64,000 bases of DNA from a virus: IMG/VR virus record IMGVR_UViG_3300043435_000886; one strand, written 5' to 3'. Within the stretch, counting starts at the first letter, position 1, and every line of letters begins with the position of its first letter. Shown here one piece after another: positions 48,337 through 56,906 of this stretch. A program made the position numbers and the translations under genes. The notes beneath the pieces are model-generated. The model made no database searches. It was given only the letters and a program-made list of their open reading frames with translations, and had not been told where the DNA came from.

Positions 48337-49091
48337 AACGTATGTTTTTAGAGGTAAAAAACAAAGTCAGAGAAAGATTTAATTCTTTTTCTGGCTTACC
48401 TTTATTCTTTTTATCTAAAAGAATAGCCAAATTAGAAGGTTAAAAGTCTTAAATCCATTCAGGATAATAAATAAACTGAATGAAGTTGGTACTTCTCAAA
48501 ACACAGCCTTGCTTGCTAAAAAGGTGTAGGGATATGAGATTAAATGTGGATATTAGCAATGAAGCATTATCAACGAGGTTAACAGAAAACTACGTAAGTA
48601 GAAGTCCTTTGAATTGTAATCGTGTATAAACTGTTCCTTTAGTGGTATTAGTAAACCAATACAATTCATAAAAATCTATCAGTAATGGTAGATGTGTGTT
48701 CTTCCTTGAGAAAGAAGATTGATTAGAAGGGGTATTTTATAACGAACCGAATCACACAATTGAGTTCTCAGCAAGTAGTTATAATACAAAAAGAATATCA
48801 TAGGTCGTAAGCCCTAAAAGATAACTACGTGACCCTACTTTTATACAAATATTTAGTGTTTACACAAATTCGGGTAAGACAAGAGGGTGCTAATAAACAA
48901 CTACTGATTAATACTAAACAATAACTATTCTGAGCTAGGCAGATAGTAAAGGTAAATATTAGTTACATAGTTATCTCACAGTCTAAGATGTGAGTGGTTT
49001 AGGTTAATTGAAGAGGGGTTGAAATACCTAACAGTTTGTAATGAACTCAGAATAAGCTTTACTTCTTAGAAAGCAGTAGTTGTTTTTTAAT

Positions 49092-49165
49092 GGTCAGGTA
49101 GCTCAATGGTAGAGCAAGGGGACTTAAGTAAGCCTTGGTTACAGGTTCGAGTCCTGTCCTGACTA
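49092..49165 (+). tRNA. tRNA-like gene with canonical acceptor, D and T arms but a non-canonical anticodon arm; possible pseudo-tRNA or tRNA-like element
   Basis: Acceptor GGTCAGG/CCTGACT. D arm GCTC-AATGGTA-GAGC. T arm ACAGG-TTCGAGT-CCTGT. The central 25 nt AAGGGGACTTAAGTAAGCCTTGGTT do not form a 5-bp stem with a 7-nt loop. Confidence 0.4.
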
Positions 49166-49181
49166 CTAAATTAAAAGAAAT

Positions 49182-49577
49182 ATGAATAAAGAATTTATAC
49201 CTTACGAAGAAGCTTTAGCTTTAAAAGAACTTGGATTTGATGAACCTTGTTTTGGTTATTATCATGATAAAAGATTAACTGGTGTTAATAAATGGGATAG
49301 AAAAGATTTTGAATTTCATATATTATCAAAAAAAGAAGTTACAGCAACAACTGTTGAGATAGTTATAGCACCACTTTATCAACAAGCATTTAGATGGTTT
49401 AGAGAGAAGTATGGTTATTGGTCTTACATTAAAGAAGCAACAAAAGGAACGTGTAGATTTTACATTGAGAAATTTGATGAAAAGTTTTTTAATTCTGATA
49501 TAATTGATTCCTATGAAGAAGCAGAACTTGCATGTTTAATTAAATTAATTAAAATTGTAAAGGAGAAAAAACAATGA
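49182..49577 (+). CDS. Hypothetical protein (131 aa)
   Basis: ORF starting 17 nt after the tRNA-like gene. Confidence 0.45.
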   Translation: MNKEFIPYEEALALKELGFDEPCFGYYHDKRLTGVNKWDRKDFEFHILSKKEVTATTVEIVIAPLYQQAFRWFREKYGYWSYIKEATKGTCRFYIEKFDEKFFNSDIIDSYEEAELACLIKLIKIVKEKKQ

Positions 49578-50425
49578 AAAACTTACATTTAATACGAACA
49601 GATAAACGAAGTAGGCTAAGATTAGATGATGGTGAATTAGTATTAGGTAATAGTAAACTATGTCAAAATACTCTAAACTACCAATATCAACACATCTACA
49701 TTACTTCTGATGAAAAAATTAAAGAAGGTGATTATTTTTATGTCAAAACACCAAATATACATGGAGGAAATATAGTTAAAAAATGTTTAAACCTTGGAAA
49801 AGGTTGTTGGTCAGAACACATTTTAACGGATACAATAGATGAGAAAGGTTATCACCCATCACATTGTAAGAAAATTATCCTAACAACAGACCAAAACTTA
49901 ATCAAAGATGGTGTACAAGCTATTGATGATGAGTTTTTAGAATGGTTTGTTAAGAATCCAAGTTGTGAAAGTGTTAACGTTGAAAAACTATTGTTATGTA
50001 CTTATTGTGGTCAAGAACATTGTGATAATCTTAGATGTAGAGGTTATAAAGACAGTCCTTATTATAAAATCATCATTCCACAAGAAGAACCTAAACAAGA
50101 AGATGAAATTATTGATATTTCAGACCATGACGGAATAGGTAATGCAGTTGATAATCTTAATAACGAAGAGCCTGAAAAAGAAACACTTGAAGAAGCTGCT
50201 GAAAAAGATTTTAACATTTTACAAAAGGAAAATCTTATTGTCCCAGATAATCATATTTGGCCATTTAAACTTGGTTACATAAAAGGGGCTAAATGGGTGC
50301 AAGAAAGAAGGTATAGTGAGGAAGATATGATTGAGTTTTATTTGTTTTGTATAACAGAATTATTAAGTTCTAAATCATCGGCAAAATCACCAAAAGAATT
50401 ATTTGAACAATTTAAAAAAAACTAA
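49574..50425 (+). CDS. Hypothetical protein (283 aa) with a Cys-cluster (CTYCGQEHCDNLRC) and an acidic region
   Basis: ORF. Confidence 0.45.
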   Translation: MKNLHLIRTDKRSRLRLDDGELVLGNSKLCQNTLNYQYQHIYITSDEKIKEGDYFYVKTPNIHGGNIVKKCLNLGKGCWSEHILTDTIDEKGYHPSHCKKIILTTDQNLIKDGVQAIDDEFLEWFVKNPSCESVNVEKLLLCTYCGQEHCDNLRCRGYKDSPYYKIIIPQEEPKQEDEIIDISDHDGIGNAVDNLNNEEPEKETLEEAAEKDFNILQKENLIVPDNHIWPFKLGYIKGAKWVQERRYSEEDMIEFYLFCITELLSSKSSAKSPKELFEQFKKN

Positions 50426-50807
50426 CAACATGGAAAAAGAAAGAATCCCATTCGATTGGGAAAAGTACCAATCAGGAGAATATCAAGTGGTTTGTAAGAA
50501 TGGAAGTATTCCTGAACAAATAGTTTATTATTCAAATGCAGTAAGTAAGTATAAACTTGTTGCATTAGTTTGTGGAACACTTGAAACATTTACAGAAGAT
50601 GGATTTTGGAAACAAAGTAAAGAAGAATCAGAATATGATTTACTTTTAATCCCCAAGCCAAAAAAGTTCCAAGCATGGGTTAATCTGTATAGTAATGGAG
50701 CGGCTCAAAGTTTTGTAAGTAAAGAAGTAGCAGATGAATTTAATAGATTCCACATAGTTAACGGAGTTATTAGAGTCGAAACTCGATTAATTGAATGGGA
50801 GGGTTAA
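50403..50807 (+). CDS. Hypothetical protein (134 aa; alternative start at 50430)
   Basis: ORF. Confidence 0.4.
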   Translation: MNNLKKTNNMEKERIPFDWEKYQSGEYQVVCKNGSIPEQIVYYSNAVSKYKLVALVCGTLETFTEDGFWKQSKEESEYDLLLIPKPKKFQAWVNLYSNGAAQSFVSKEVADEFNRFHIVNGVIRVETRLIEWEG

Positions 50808-50816
50808 TCGTAATTA

Positions 50817-51104
50817 GTGAATAAAAAAATGATATTACAACTTAACCCTATGATACCTATATTTAGAGTATCAGATAAAATGGAAGGTTATGCTTTTTTA
50901 GTTATAGATTATAGTCAAGAACATGATTTGCTATTTACTTGTGCTATGGATGATGGTGAAATATGGACTCTTAATAATAAAGAAATTAGATTTTGTAAGA
51001 ATATATCATTAGATAGACACACAAAAGTTATGCCTTCGTTGACAAAGCTGGACGGTTTATCAGCACTTACCCGAAAAAGGGGAAATCGAAGCACAAAACT
51101 TTAA
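50817..51104 (+). CDS. Hypothetical protein (95 aa)
   Basis: ORF. Its 3' end overlaps the repeat and hairpin element. Confidence 0.4.
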   Translation: MNKKMILQLNPMIPIFRVSDKMEGYAFLVIDYSQEHDLLFTCAMDDGEIWTLNNKEIRFCKNISLDRHTKVMPSLTKLDGLSALTRKRGNRSTKL

Positions 51105-51165
51105 ACTTAAACAAATGTATAACCGAAGCACAGAACTTAAACATAGCACTAAAACCCCTTTTTTG
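51072..51165 (+). repeat. Composite element: two direct repeats CGAAGCACA(A/G)AAC(T)TTAAAC with 38-nt spacing, enclosed by the inverted repeat AAAAAGGGG ... CCCCTTTTTT, followed by a T-run
   Basis: Read directly. Overlaps the 3' end of the 95-aa ORF and the intergenic region. Confidence 0.45.
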
Positions 51166-51187
51166 GCTTCATTAATCGTAAATTAAA

Positions 51188-51481
51188 ATGAGAAATCAAT
51201 GTAAATGCAAGTTGCCTTATGTCTTGAACGGAACAGACACTTGTACGCAATGTAAAAATCAACAAGTAAGGTTTTTACCAATTATAAATGATAAACCAAT
51301 TTCAATAAAACGAGAGTTTAATGGAACAGAATTTAAACCAACTGATGTAGTCGAAGTGATTGGCAAATCTTACGCTTGTCTGGTTGAAATAGTAAACTAT
51401 ATACCAAATGGTTGGTATGGTGTTCAATTACCTAATGGTGGTTTTCACGAAACTCAAATACTTGGTGATGTCGTTTCTTAG
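51188..51481 (+). CDS. Hypothetical protein (97 aa) with an N-terminal CxC...CxxC zinc-ribbon-like motif
   Basis: MRNQCKCKLPYVLNGTDTCTQCKN. Confidence 0.4.
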   Translation: MRNQCKCKLPYVLNGTDTCTQCKNQQVRFLPIINDKPISIKREFNGTEFKPTDVVEVIGKSYACLVEIVNYIPNGWYGVQLPNGGFHETQILGDVVS

Positions 51482-51626
51482 CATTGGCTATAACGTTAAG
51501 GTGCTTTGCGATGTGGCGGATTAGTAGCACTAACTGTCATCATAGCACTAAAGCCCAATAGAATTACTAAGGTTGATTTTAGCACGCCAACCGCCATAAC
51601 GCAAAACACGTGTTATGCCCAGTGCT
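51478..51626. repeat. GC-rich 150-nt intergenic element bounded by inverted copies of AGCAYTGGGCATAAC. Carries TAGCACTAA repeats. A third solo copy lies at 52047-52062.
   Basis: tagcattggctataacg (51478-51494) vs inverted cgtgttatgcccagtgct (51607-51626). tagcattgggcataact at 52047. TAGCACTAA at about 51146, 51525 and 51544. Confidence 0.45.
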
Positions 51627-51654
51627 TATTGTCGAATAATTTTAAAACAGAAAA

Positions 51655-52050
51655 ATGAAAGTATTTGTAGCAGATTCAAGACCGAAAGGTTATATAAACG
51701 AAAAAGATTACCATTGGTGTGATGATAATGACTTGCTAATGTTTGGTCAATTTCAATTAGGAAATGGAAACCCATCCGAAGTAGCAATGTGTGGAATACA
51801 AAGCCGAAAATTCACAACCCATATTTTAGTAAAGGATTTAAAAATTGATAAGGATTTTTATAAGGAACTAATTACCGAAAGTGTGGAAGGGGCAATGGGT
51901 TGTACTATTGATAGAAAAGGTGATTATGAAATTAAGATGGGTTTCTCACATCATTTCAATATTAACGACATTATGAACGAACTACTGGAAAAAGCAAGTC
52001 ATTTTGAAGATGGTCAAAAAGTTCAATGTTTTGGCAGAACGCTGTCTTAG
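51655..52050 (+). CDS. Hypothetical protein (131 aa)
   Basis: ORF flanked by AGCAYTGGGCATAAC repeats. Confidence 0.4.
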   Translation: MKVFVADSRPKGYINEKDYHWCDDNDLLMFGQFQLGNGNPSEVAMCGIQSRKFTTHILVKDLKIDKDFYKELITESVEGAMGCTIDRKGDYEIKMGFSHHFNINDIMNELLEKASHFEDGQKVQCFGRTLS

Positions 52051-52179
52051 CATTGGGCATAACTTACTTATTACAGCCATAAAATCATACATATCCAACA
52101 ATCTTAGCTAATGAAAAACACACAAGAAAAACAAAAAATTTTATGTTATTGGTAAAAAAGAAATCAATTTTAATTAGTA

Positions 52180-52446
52180 ATGACAAATCAAGAAATACTA
52201 TTACAGGTTTACCTGTTAAGTAAAGCTGTTAATCATAATTTGTTTTTTCTCAAGCAAAATGGAATTCCAGATAAAGAATTAAAAGATGCTATCAACCAAT
52301 TATCAGCTAAAACTTCTTATTTTAATAAACAGATTGAAAGTACATTATTTTCTAATATGAAGAAAGTAGATTTAGATAAACAAGAAGAATTTACTTATGA
52401 AATCTTAGAATTTTTAGAGCAGACAATTAAACGTAAAAAAACATGA
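52180..52446 (+). CDS. Hypothetical protein (88 aa)
   Basis: ORF. Confidence 0.4.
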   Translation: MTNQEILLQVYLLSKAVNHNLFFLKQNGIPDKELKDAINQLSAKTSYFNKQIESTLFSNMKKVDLDKQEEFTYEILEFLEQTIKRKKT

Positions 52447-52748
52447 TAAATTTATTTAACAAAATAACAGAATGGCAAGAAAAAACATTCTCCGAAACTA
52501 CTAAAGAAGCAGTTGCTAAACATTTATTAAAAGAAAGTAATGAATTACTGGAAGCAATTCAAACAAAAACAGATGAAGAAGCTAAGGAAGAACTAGCTGA
52601 TAACTTCATATTGTTATTTAATCTTACTAAAAAGATGAAAATGAATTATTGGGATTTAGTATTTGCAATTGAAAACAAACATTTTAAAAATCTTTCAAGA
52701 AAATGGAAAGCTCCGGATGCTGATGGTTGTGTACATCATGAAAAATAA
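52443..52748 (+). CDS. MazG-like nucleoside triphosphate pyrophosphohydrolase (all-alpha NTP-PPase)
   Basis: KHLLKESNELLEAIQ...EEAKEELADNFILLFNL fits the MazG pattern (EExxE...EExxD, metal-binding helices). Confidence 0.45.
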   Translation: MINLFNKITEWQEKTFSETTKEAVAKHLLKESNELLEAIQTKTDEEAKEELADNFILLFNLTKKMKMNYWDLVFAIENKHFKNLSRKWKAPDADGCVHHEK

Positions 52749-52762
52749 AAAAAAATAAACAA

Positions 52763-53206
52763 ATGAAAAAATATCTATTATTATTAATTATTACATTAGG
52801 GATTAATGTAATGGTTTCAGCACAAAATTATATCGGTAAAACTCAAAAACAAATTACCGATATTTTAGATTCAAAAAGTATTGAGTATAGTACTTATTAC
52901 ACTAAAGATGGTAATTTAGGAATTCAATATGAATTAGAAACTGAAAAAAGAATTTATGTTATTGGGATAAACGGTATTTGTGATTGGTATGCTGTTTTAA
53001 GTAATGATGAAGGGTTTGTATATAATATGAGAAAGTATGCATCTTCAAAACAATTTAAACAAACTAAAGTTACAGATAATTATTTATTCGTTTATAAAAA
53101 AGCAAATCATGAGCTTTTAATAGGAACTACAACAGATGAATCAAAAGAAGACGTAAATAGTATTTTTTACAACTGGGCTTACTTTTTTATTTACAATGTT
53201 AAATGA
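52763..53206 (+). CDS. Secreted protein (signal peptide MKKYLLLLIITLGINVMVSAQ)
   Basis: N-terminal signal peptide. Confidence 0.4.
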   Translation: MKKYLLLLIITLGINVMVSAQNYIGKTQKQITDILDSKSIEYSTYYTKDGNLGIQYELETEKRIYVIGINGICDWYAVLSNDEGFVYNMRKYASSKQFKQTKVTDNYLFVYKKANHELLIGTTTDESKEDVNSIFYNWAYFFIYNVK

Positions 53207-53469
53207 AAAGACTATTAATATTATTAACAATTTTACTTACTTTATCATGTAACGATGATAGAGTAAGTTATAGTTGTACTAAAGGTACAATTAGAGTGTT
53301 GAATAAAAACGGTGAATTTTACAGAGGTGCGTTCTACGGTAAAATGTATTTGTATGATGGTACAAAAGCATATTGGTGTGACACAGATGAAAGAACATTT
53401 AAAAGTTATGAAATTAACGATACATTACCAACATTAGTAATTATTAAAACATATGAAAAAACAAATTGA
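53203..53469 (+). CDS. Small lipoprotein (MKRLLILLTILLTLSCN; lipobox L-S-C)
   Basis: Signal peptide plus lipobox. Confidence 0.4.
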   Translation: MKRLLILLTILLTLSCNDDRVSYSCTKGTIRVLNKNGEFYRGAFYGKMYLYDGTKAYWCDTDERTFKSYEINDTLPTLVIIKTYEKTN

Positions 53470-53788
53470 ATTTGATTTTGAAAAATTTGGACAAGAAAAT
53501 GTTACAGCTTTTATTGATGGTGTAGAAATATTAACTGTACATAAATTTCCTTCTAGTTATCCTGATAGATATTATGGTCTTGATGTAAAAGGTATGACTT
53601 ATGACAGACATAAATCAAAACTTGTTATGGTGCAAAAAATTAAACCCCGTGAAATTTGGGTTAATGAATATCCTGAAGGATTATTTAATTGTGCTCATTT
53701 ATCAAAAGAAAAAGCAATAAGTTCTAAAATTTTTTCCACATGTATAGCTACAATTAAATTTATAGAAGTATTAGATGATGAACAATAA
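53453..53788 (+). CDS. Hypothetical protein (111 aa)
   Basis: ORF. Confidence 0.4.
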   Translation: MKKQIEFDFEKFGQENVTAFIDGVEILTVHKFPSSYPDRYYGLDVKGMTYDRHKSKLVMVQKIKPREIWVNEYPEGLFNCAHLSKEKAISSKIFSTCIATIKFIEVLDDEQ

Positions 53789-54011
53789 AAGATATTTTCA
53801 TATTGTATATTCTTGGTGGGGTGATAATAACACTAATGGTAAAGGGGTTTGTAAGTCAACAGGTCCCAACATGCCTTCTAAAAAATCTATTCAAGAAATT
53901 GCTATTAAAGCTTTAACTGAAGAATTTAATGTTAAAGGTACTATACAAATCATTGTTGAAAACATCATAGAAATGACAAAAAAAGATTTTAATAATTTCT
54001 ACAATGAGTGA
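53775..54011 (+). CDS. Hypothetical protein (78 aa)
   Basis: ORF. Confidence 0.4.
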   Translation: MMNNKRYFHIVYSWWGDNNTNGKGVCKSTGPNMPSKKSIQEIAIKALTEEFNVKGTIQIIVENIIEMTKKDFNNFYNE

Positions 54012-54288
54012 TGAACAAGATAATTTACATTTTGCAAATAAATGGATAGATAAGTTTAAAATACTTTCATCTGCACATCCTTTATTGAGAAAGACTAAAA
54101 TTGTAGCTTTTTCTGCTTATCCTCAAAATGTTTATCTACATGCAGCTTATGACCCAAAATTGTTTATTTATTTGCTAACACATTTTGATTTTTATAAATT
54201 AGATCATAATGACAATGTTAGTTTTAATTTAATACCAGGTAAATCAGTATCAGAAATACAATTATTTATGCCTAAAAAAAGAACATGA
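54004..54288 (+). CDS. Hypothetical protein (94 aa)
   Basis: ORF. Confidence 0.4.
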   Translation: MSDEQDNLHFANKWIDKFKILSSAHPLLRKTKIVAFSAYPQNVYLHAAYDPKLFIYLLTHFDFYKLDHNDNVSFNLIPGKSVSEIQLFMPKKRT

Positions 54289-55562
54289 TTGATTTAACAA
54301 GTAGTAGAAGTATAAAACAACAAGAATTAGTAAATGAAGGTATAAAATTAGGTTTAAAAGTTTATTATGAATTAATAACTGGATTTGGTAAAACACGTCT
54401 AGCTATAATGCTTACTCAACTTTGTAATTTAAGACACCCGGATAAAGACATATTTATTGTTGTTCCTTCTACTAATTTAAGAGACTCTTGGTTAGGTTCT
54501 AAAGGGCACATAGCTCAAAACAAACTAAAAAATGTTCATGTGTTTATCGTAAATACTTACGTTAAATCAAAACATAAATGTGGTATGCTAATTTGTGATG
54601 AGTTACATCATTATGCAAATGAAGAATCTACTACATTTAAAACTGTACTTGAGAGAACACAGTTTAATTGGTTTGTAGGGCTATCTGCTACTTTAGAAGA
54701 TAACCATAAATCCTTTCTACATTCTAAGGGTATTGTATCTGCTGGTAAAATCACGGCTAAAGAAGCCATGGATAACAAGTGGATTAGCCCTTATAAGATT
54801 CTATGTGTACCTATAGAATTAAATGATGTAGATAGAGAAAGGTACGATAAGATGGATGCTGAATTTAATAAGCACTTTCCTACATTTAAGTTTGATTTTA
54901 AATTTGCTATGCAATGTGTTAAAGATAGTTCAGCTAGAAAGTCTTTAGCTACACAACTTGGTTGGACTGAACAGAAAGTAAATACAGCTACTTTTAGCTG
55001 GAACAGAAGCATGAAGAATAGAAAACATTTTTTATATCATGTTGAAGCTAAAATTGATGCTGCTATTGAAGTAACTCAAGCTTTAGGATTACCTACTATT
55101 TTATTTGGTCAATCTATTGCCGGAGCTGATAGAATAGCTGATGAATTAGGTGATGTTTGTGTTGAATATCATTCAGACATGACTAAAAAGCAAGCTAAAG
55201 CTAATTTGAAAAGGTTAATAGATGGTAGGACCAAAGTAAAATGTATTTCATCAGCTAAAGGACTAGAAGAAGGTTTTGATTTACCTGGTTTAGAAATAGG
55301 TATTACATGGTCACGTACTTCTAAAGCTTTAAGAGCTAATCAAGTTTTAGGTAGAATATGTAGGTATGTAGAAGGTAAAGTAGCTTATATGATTGAACTA
55401 TATGTTCCAGAAACTCAAGATGAACGTTGGTTAAAGACATCATTAAAAGGTCAATCCAATATACTTTACTTAAAGTCATTAGACCAAGCAATTAATTTCA
55501 TATTACATGAACGAAGTAAAAACATTCTCCAATTGGATGTTATCCAAGGGGAAGAACATTGA
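54285..55562 (+). CDS. Superfamily-2 DExH-box DNA/RNA helicase
   Basis: Motif I TGFGKTRLA. Motif II LICDELHH. Motif III LSATL. Motif VI QVLGRICR. Confidence 0.6.
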   Translation: MIDLTSSRSIKQQELVNEGIKLGLKVYYELITGFGKTRLAIMLTQLCNLRHPDKDIFIVVPSTNLRDSWLGSKGHIAQNKLKNVHVFIVNTYVKSKHKCGMLICDELHHYANEESTTFKTVLERTQFNWFVGLSATLEDNHKSFLHSKGIVSAGKITAKEAMDNKWISPYKILCVPIELNDVDRERYDKMDAEFNKHFPTFKFDFKFAMQCVKDSSARKSLATQLGWTEQKVNTATFSWNRSMKNRKHFLYHVEAKIDAAIEVTQALGLPTILFGQSIAGADRIADELGDVCVEYHSDMTKKQAKANLKRLIDGRTKVKCISSAKGLEEGFDLPGLEIGITWSRTSKALRANQVLGRICRYVEGKVAYMIELYVPETQDERWLKTSLKGQSNILYLKSLDQAINFILHERSKNILQLDVIQGEEH

Positions 55563-55914
55563 GCAAGATGTTGAAGAGTATTTTGAAGAACAAAAGTCTA
55601 AAACAATTTCAATTGAAGTATTAAGAAAAAAACTATGTGAAATTCATAAAGTTACTGTATTGGAGTTATTAACCGATAAGAAAGGTAAAAAACAAAAGAA
55701 TAGTTTATCTAGAGCAAGAGGCCAATTAGTAAAATATGCTTTACTTAACACAAATCTTTATGCTGCATCGGTAGTTTATTATAGACTGTTTAATTTTCAT
55801 AAAGATCATTCAACTGCTTTTTACCATAGAAATATGGAATATTTTGGTGAAGAGAAAAAGCAATATCAAGAACTTTGTAATTTTATTGAAGCACATAATG
55901 TAATTTGGCCATGA
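55507..55914 (+). CDS. DnaA C-terminal (domain IV)-like DNA-binding protein
   Basis: LSRARGQLVKYALLNTNLYAASVVYYRLFNFHKDHSTAFYHRNME matches the DnaA_C signature (RPRQIAMYL...[20 protein letters not shown]). Overlaps the end of the helicase gene. Confidence 0.4.
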   Translation: MNEVKTFSNWMLSKGKNIEQDVEEYFEEQKSKTISIEVLRKKLCEIHKVTVLELLTDKKGKKQKNSLSRARGQLVKYALLNTNLYAASVVYYRLFNFHKDHSTAFYHRNMEYFGEEKKQYQELCNFIEAHNVIWP

Positions 55915-56138
55915 AAAAAATACTATTCAACTTGACAATGCTACTAAAGCAAAACCCGGATTATGAACAATTGAGTCTTAATGAGTTACATGCTATATAC
56001 AATGAAGAGTATCAAAAAGTTAGTAAACAAGATTTGAAACAAGTATTAGATTTTATTATATTTGGAACCATTCAAGATGTCTTTGATTTTAATGAAGACT
56101 TTGAGATGTTAACTAAATACGACAATGAAAATATGTGA
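55905..56138 (+). CDS. Hypothetical protein (77 aa)
   Basis: ORF. Confidence 0.4.
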   Translation: MAMKKILFNLTMLLKQNPDYEQLSLNELHAIYNEEYQKVSKQDLKQVLDFIIFGTIQDVFDFNEDFEMLTKYDNENM

Positions 56139-56256
56139 AGATTGCCCTAATCCGGGTATTTGCAAAGCTCAGCAATTTTGTGACCAAGAAGATTTATCTG
56201 ATGTAATAGATGATGAGTATTGGGATATAGTTGAAGATAGCATGGAAGACGACTAG
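56125..56256 (+). CDS. Small Cys-rich acidic ORF (43 aa; MKICEDCPNPGICKAQQFCDQEDLSDVIDDEYWDIVEDSMEDD), below the track cutoff
   Basis: Manual translation; four Cys and an acidic tail. Confidence 0.2.
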   Translation: MKICEDCPNPGICKAQQFCDQEDLSDVIDDEYWDIVEDSMEDD

Positions 56257-56291
56257 TACTTTGTGTTTTCTGCTTACTAAAAGAATAGAAT

Positions 56292-56906
56292 ATGAATATA
56301 CTATCAAATGTAACAGATTACACAGAGTTTTTAATTAAAAACAAGTTGTCAACCAATCAGTTTCTTTTGTTGTATTTACTTTATACCGAAAAGATGATTA
56401 AAAACAAAACGGGAAAAGTAAGTTACTCAGAAGCAACATGTTTGTATAAGTGGCAAGCTAAAGGTTCAGGTTGGAACCAAAACGAAATTGAAGATTTAGT
56501 ATCTAAAAATTATGTAATAGCTTTTTCAAAAAGCTATTTAGTTCAAGGTCAAAATTTAACAGGATATGCTATTGATGATTTGATTCTTACAGAAAAGTTT
56601 TATGACTTAATGTTTATTTCAACTCAACATGCATTCGAAGAATTGTTAGATTTATACCCAGATACTATTAATGTATCAGGAAGTGTAGTATTTACTAAAA
56701 GTGGAGACTTAGAAAAAGTAGCTGATGCTTATAGTAAATTAATACGTAATAGTCTTACAGCTCATGCTAAAGTTAAAGACATGATTATCTATGCTAATGA
56801 AAGAGGACTATGTAACATGAAGCTGGATAAGTTTTTAACTAAAGGTGTATTAGATTCAATAGCAAAAATGATAGAGGAGAATAGTTCAAATGGCAGAGAC
56901 ATTTAA
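56292..56906 (+). CDS. Hypothetical protein (204 aa). Possible replication initiator or helicase loader, by position only.
   Basis: Immediately precedes the DnaB-like helicase and overlaps it. Confidence 0.3.
   Translation: MNILSNVTDYTEFLIKNKLSTNQFLLLYLLYTEKMIKNKTGKVSYSEATCLYKWQAKGSGWNQNEIEDLVSKNYVIAFSKSYLVQGQNLTGYAIDDLILTEKFYDLMFISTQHAFEELLDLYPDTINVSGSVVFTKSGDLEKVADAYSKLIRNSLTAHAKVKDMIIYANERGLCNMKLDKFLTKGVLDSIAKMIEENSSNGRDI

Noticed and set aside
49092-49165. Idea that the tRNA-like genes are stop-codon suppressor tRNAs tied to genetic-code reassignment, as in some crAss-like phages
   Set aside because: All large genes in the window are uninterrupted in the standard code, including 1000-1700-aa ORFs. 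There is no evidence of in-frame TAG or TGA recoding.
49947-50138. ORF 49947..50138 (+) and ORF 54791..55012 (-) from the six-frame track
   Set aside because: Both are nested within the better-supported 283-aa gene and the helicase gene respectively. I consider them spurious.
51072-51165. Possible CRISPR-like array from the direct repeats CGAAGCACARAACTTAAAC
   Set aside because: Only two imperfect copies are present. There is no regular repeat-spacer periodicity and no cas genes.
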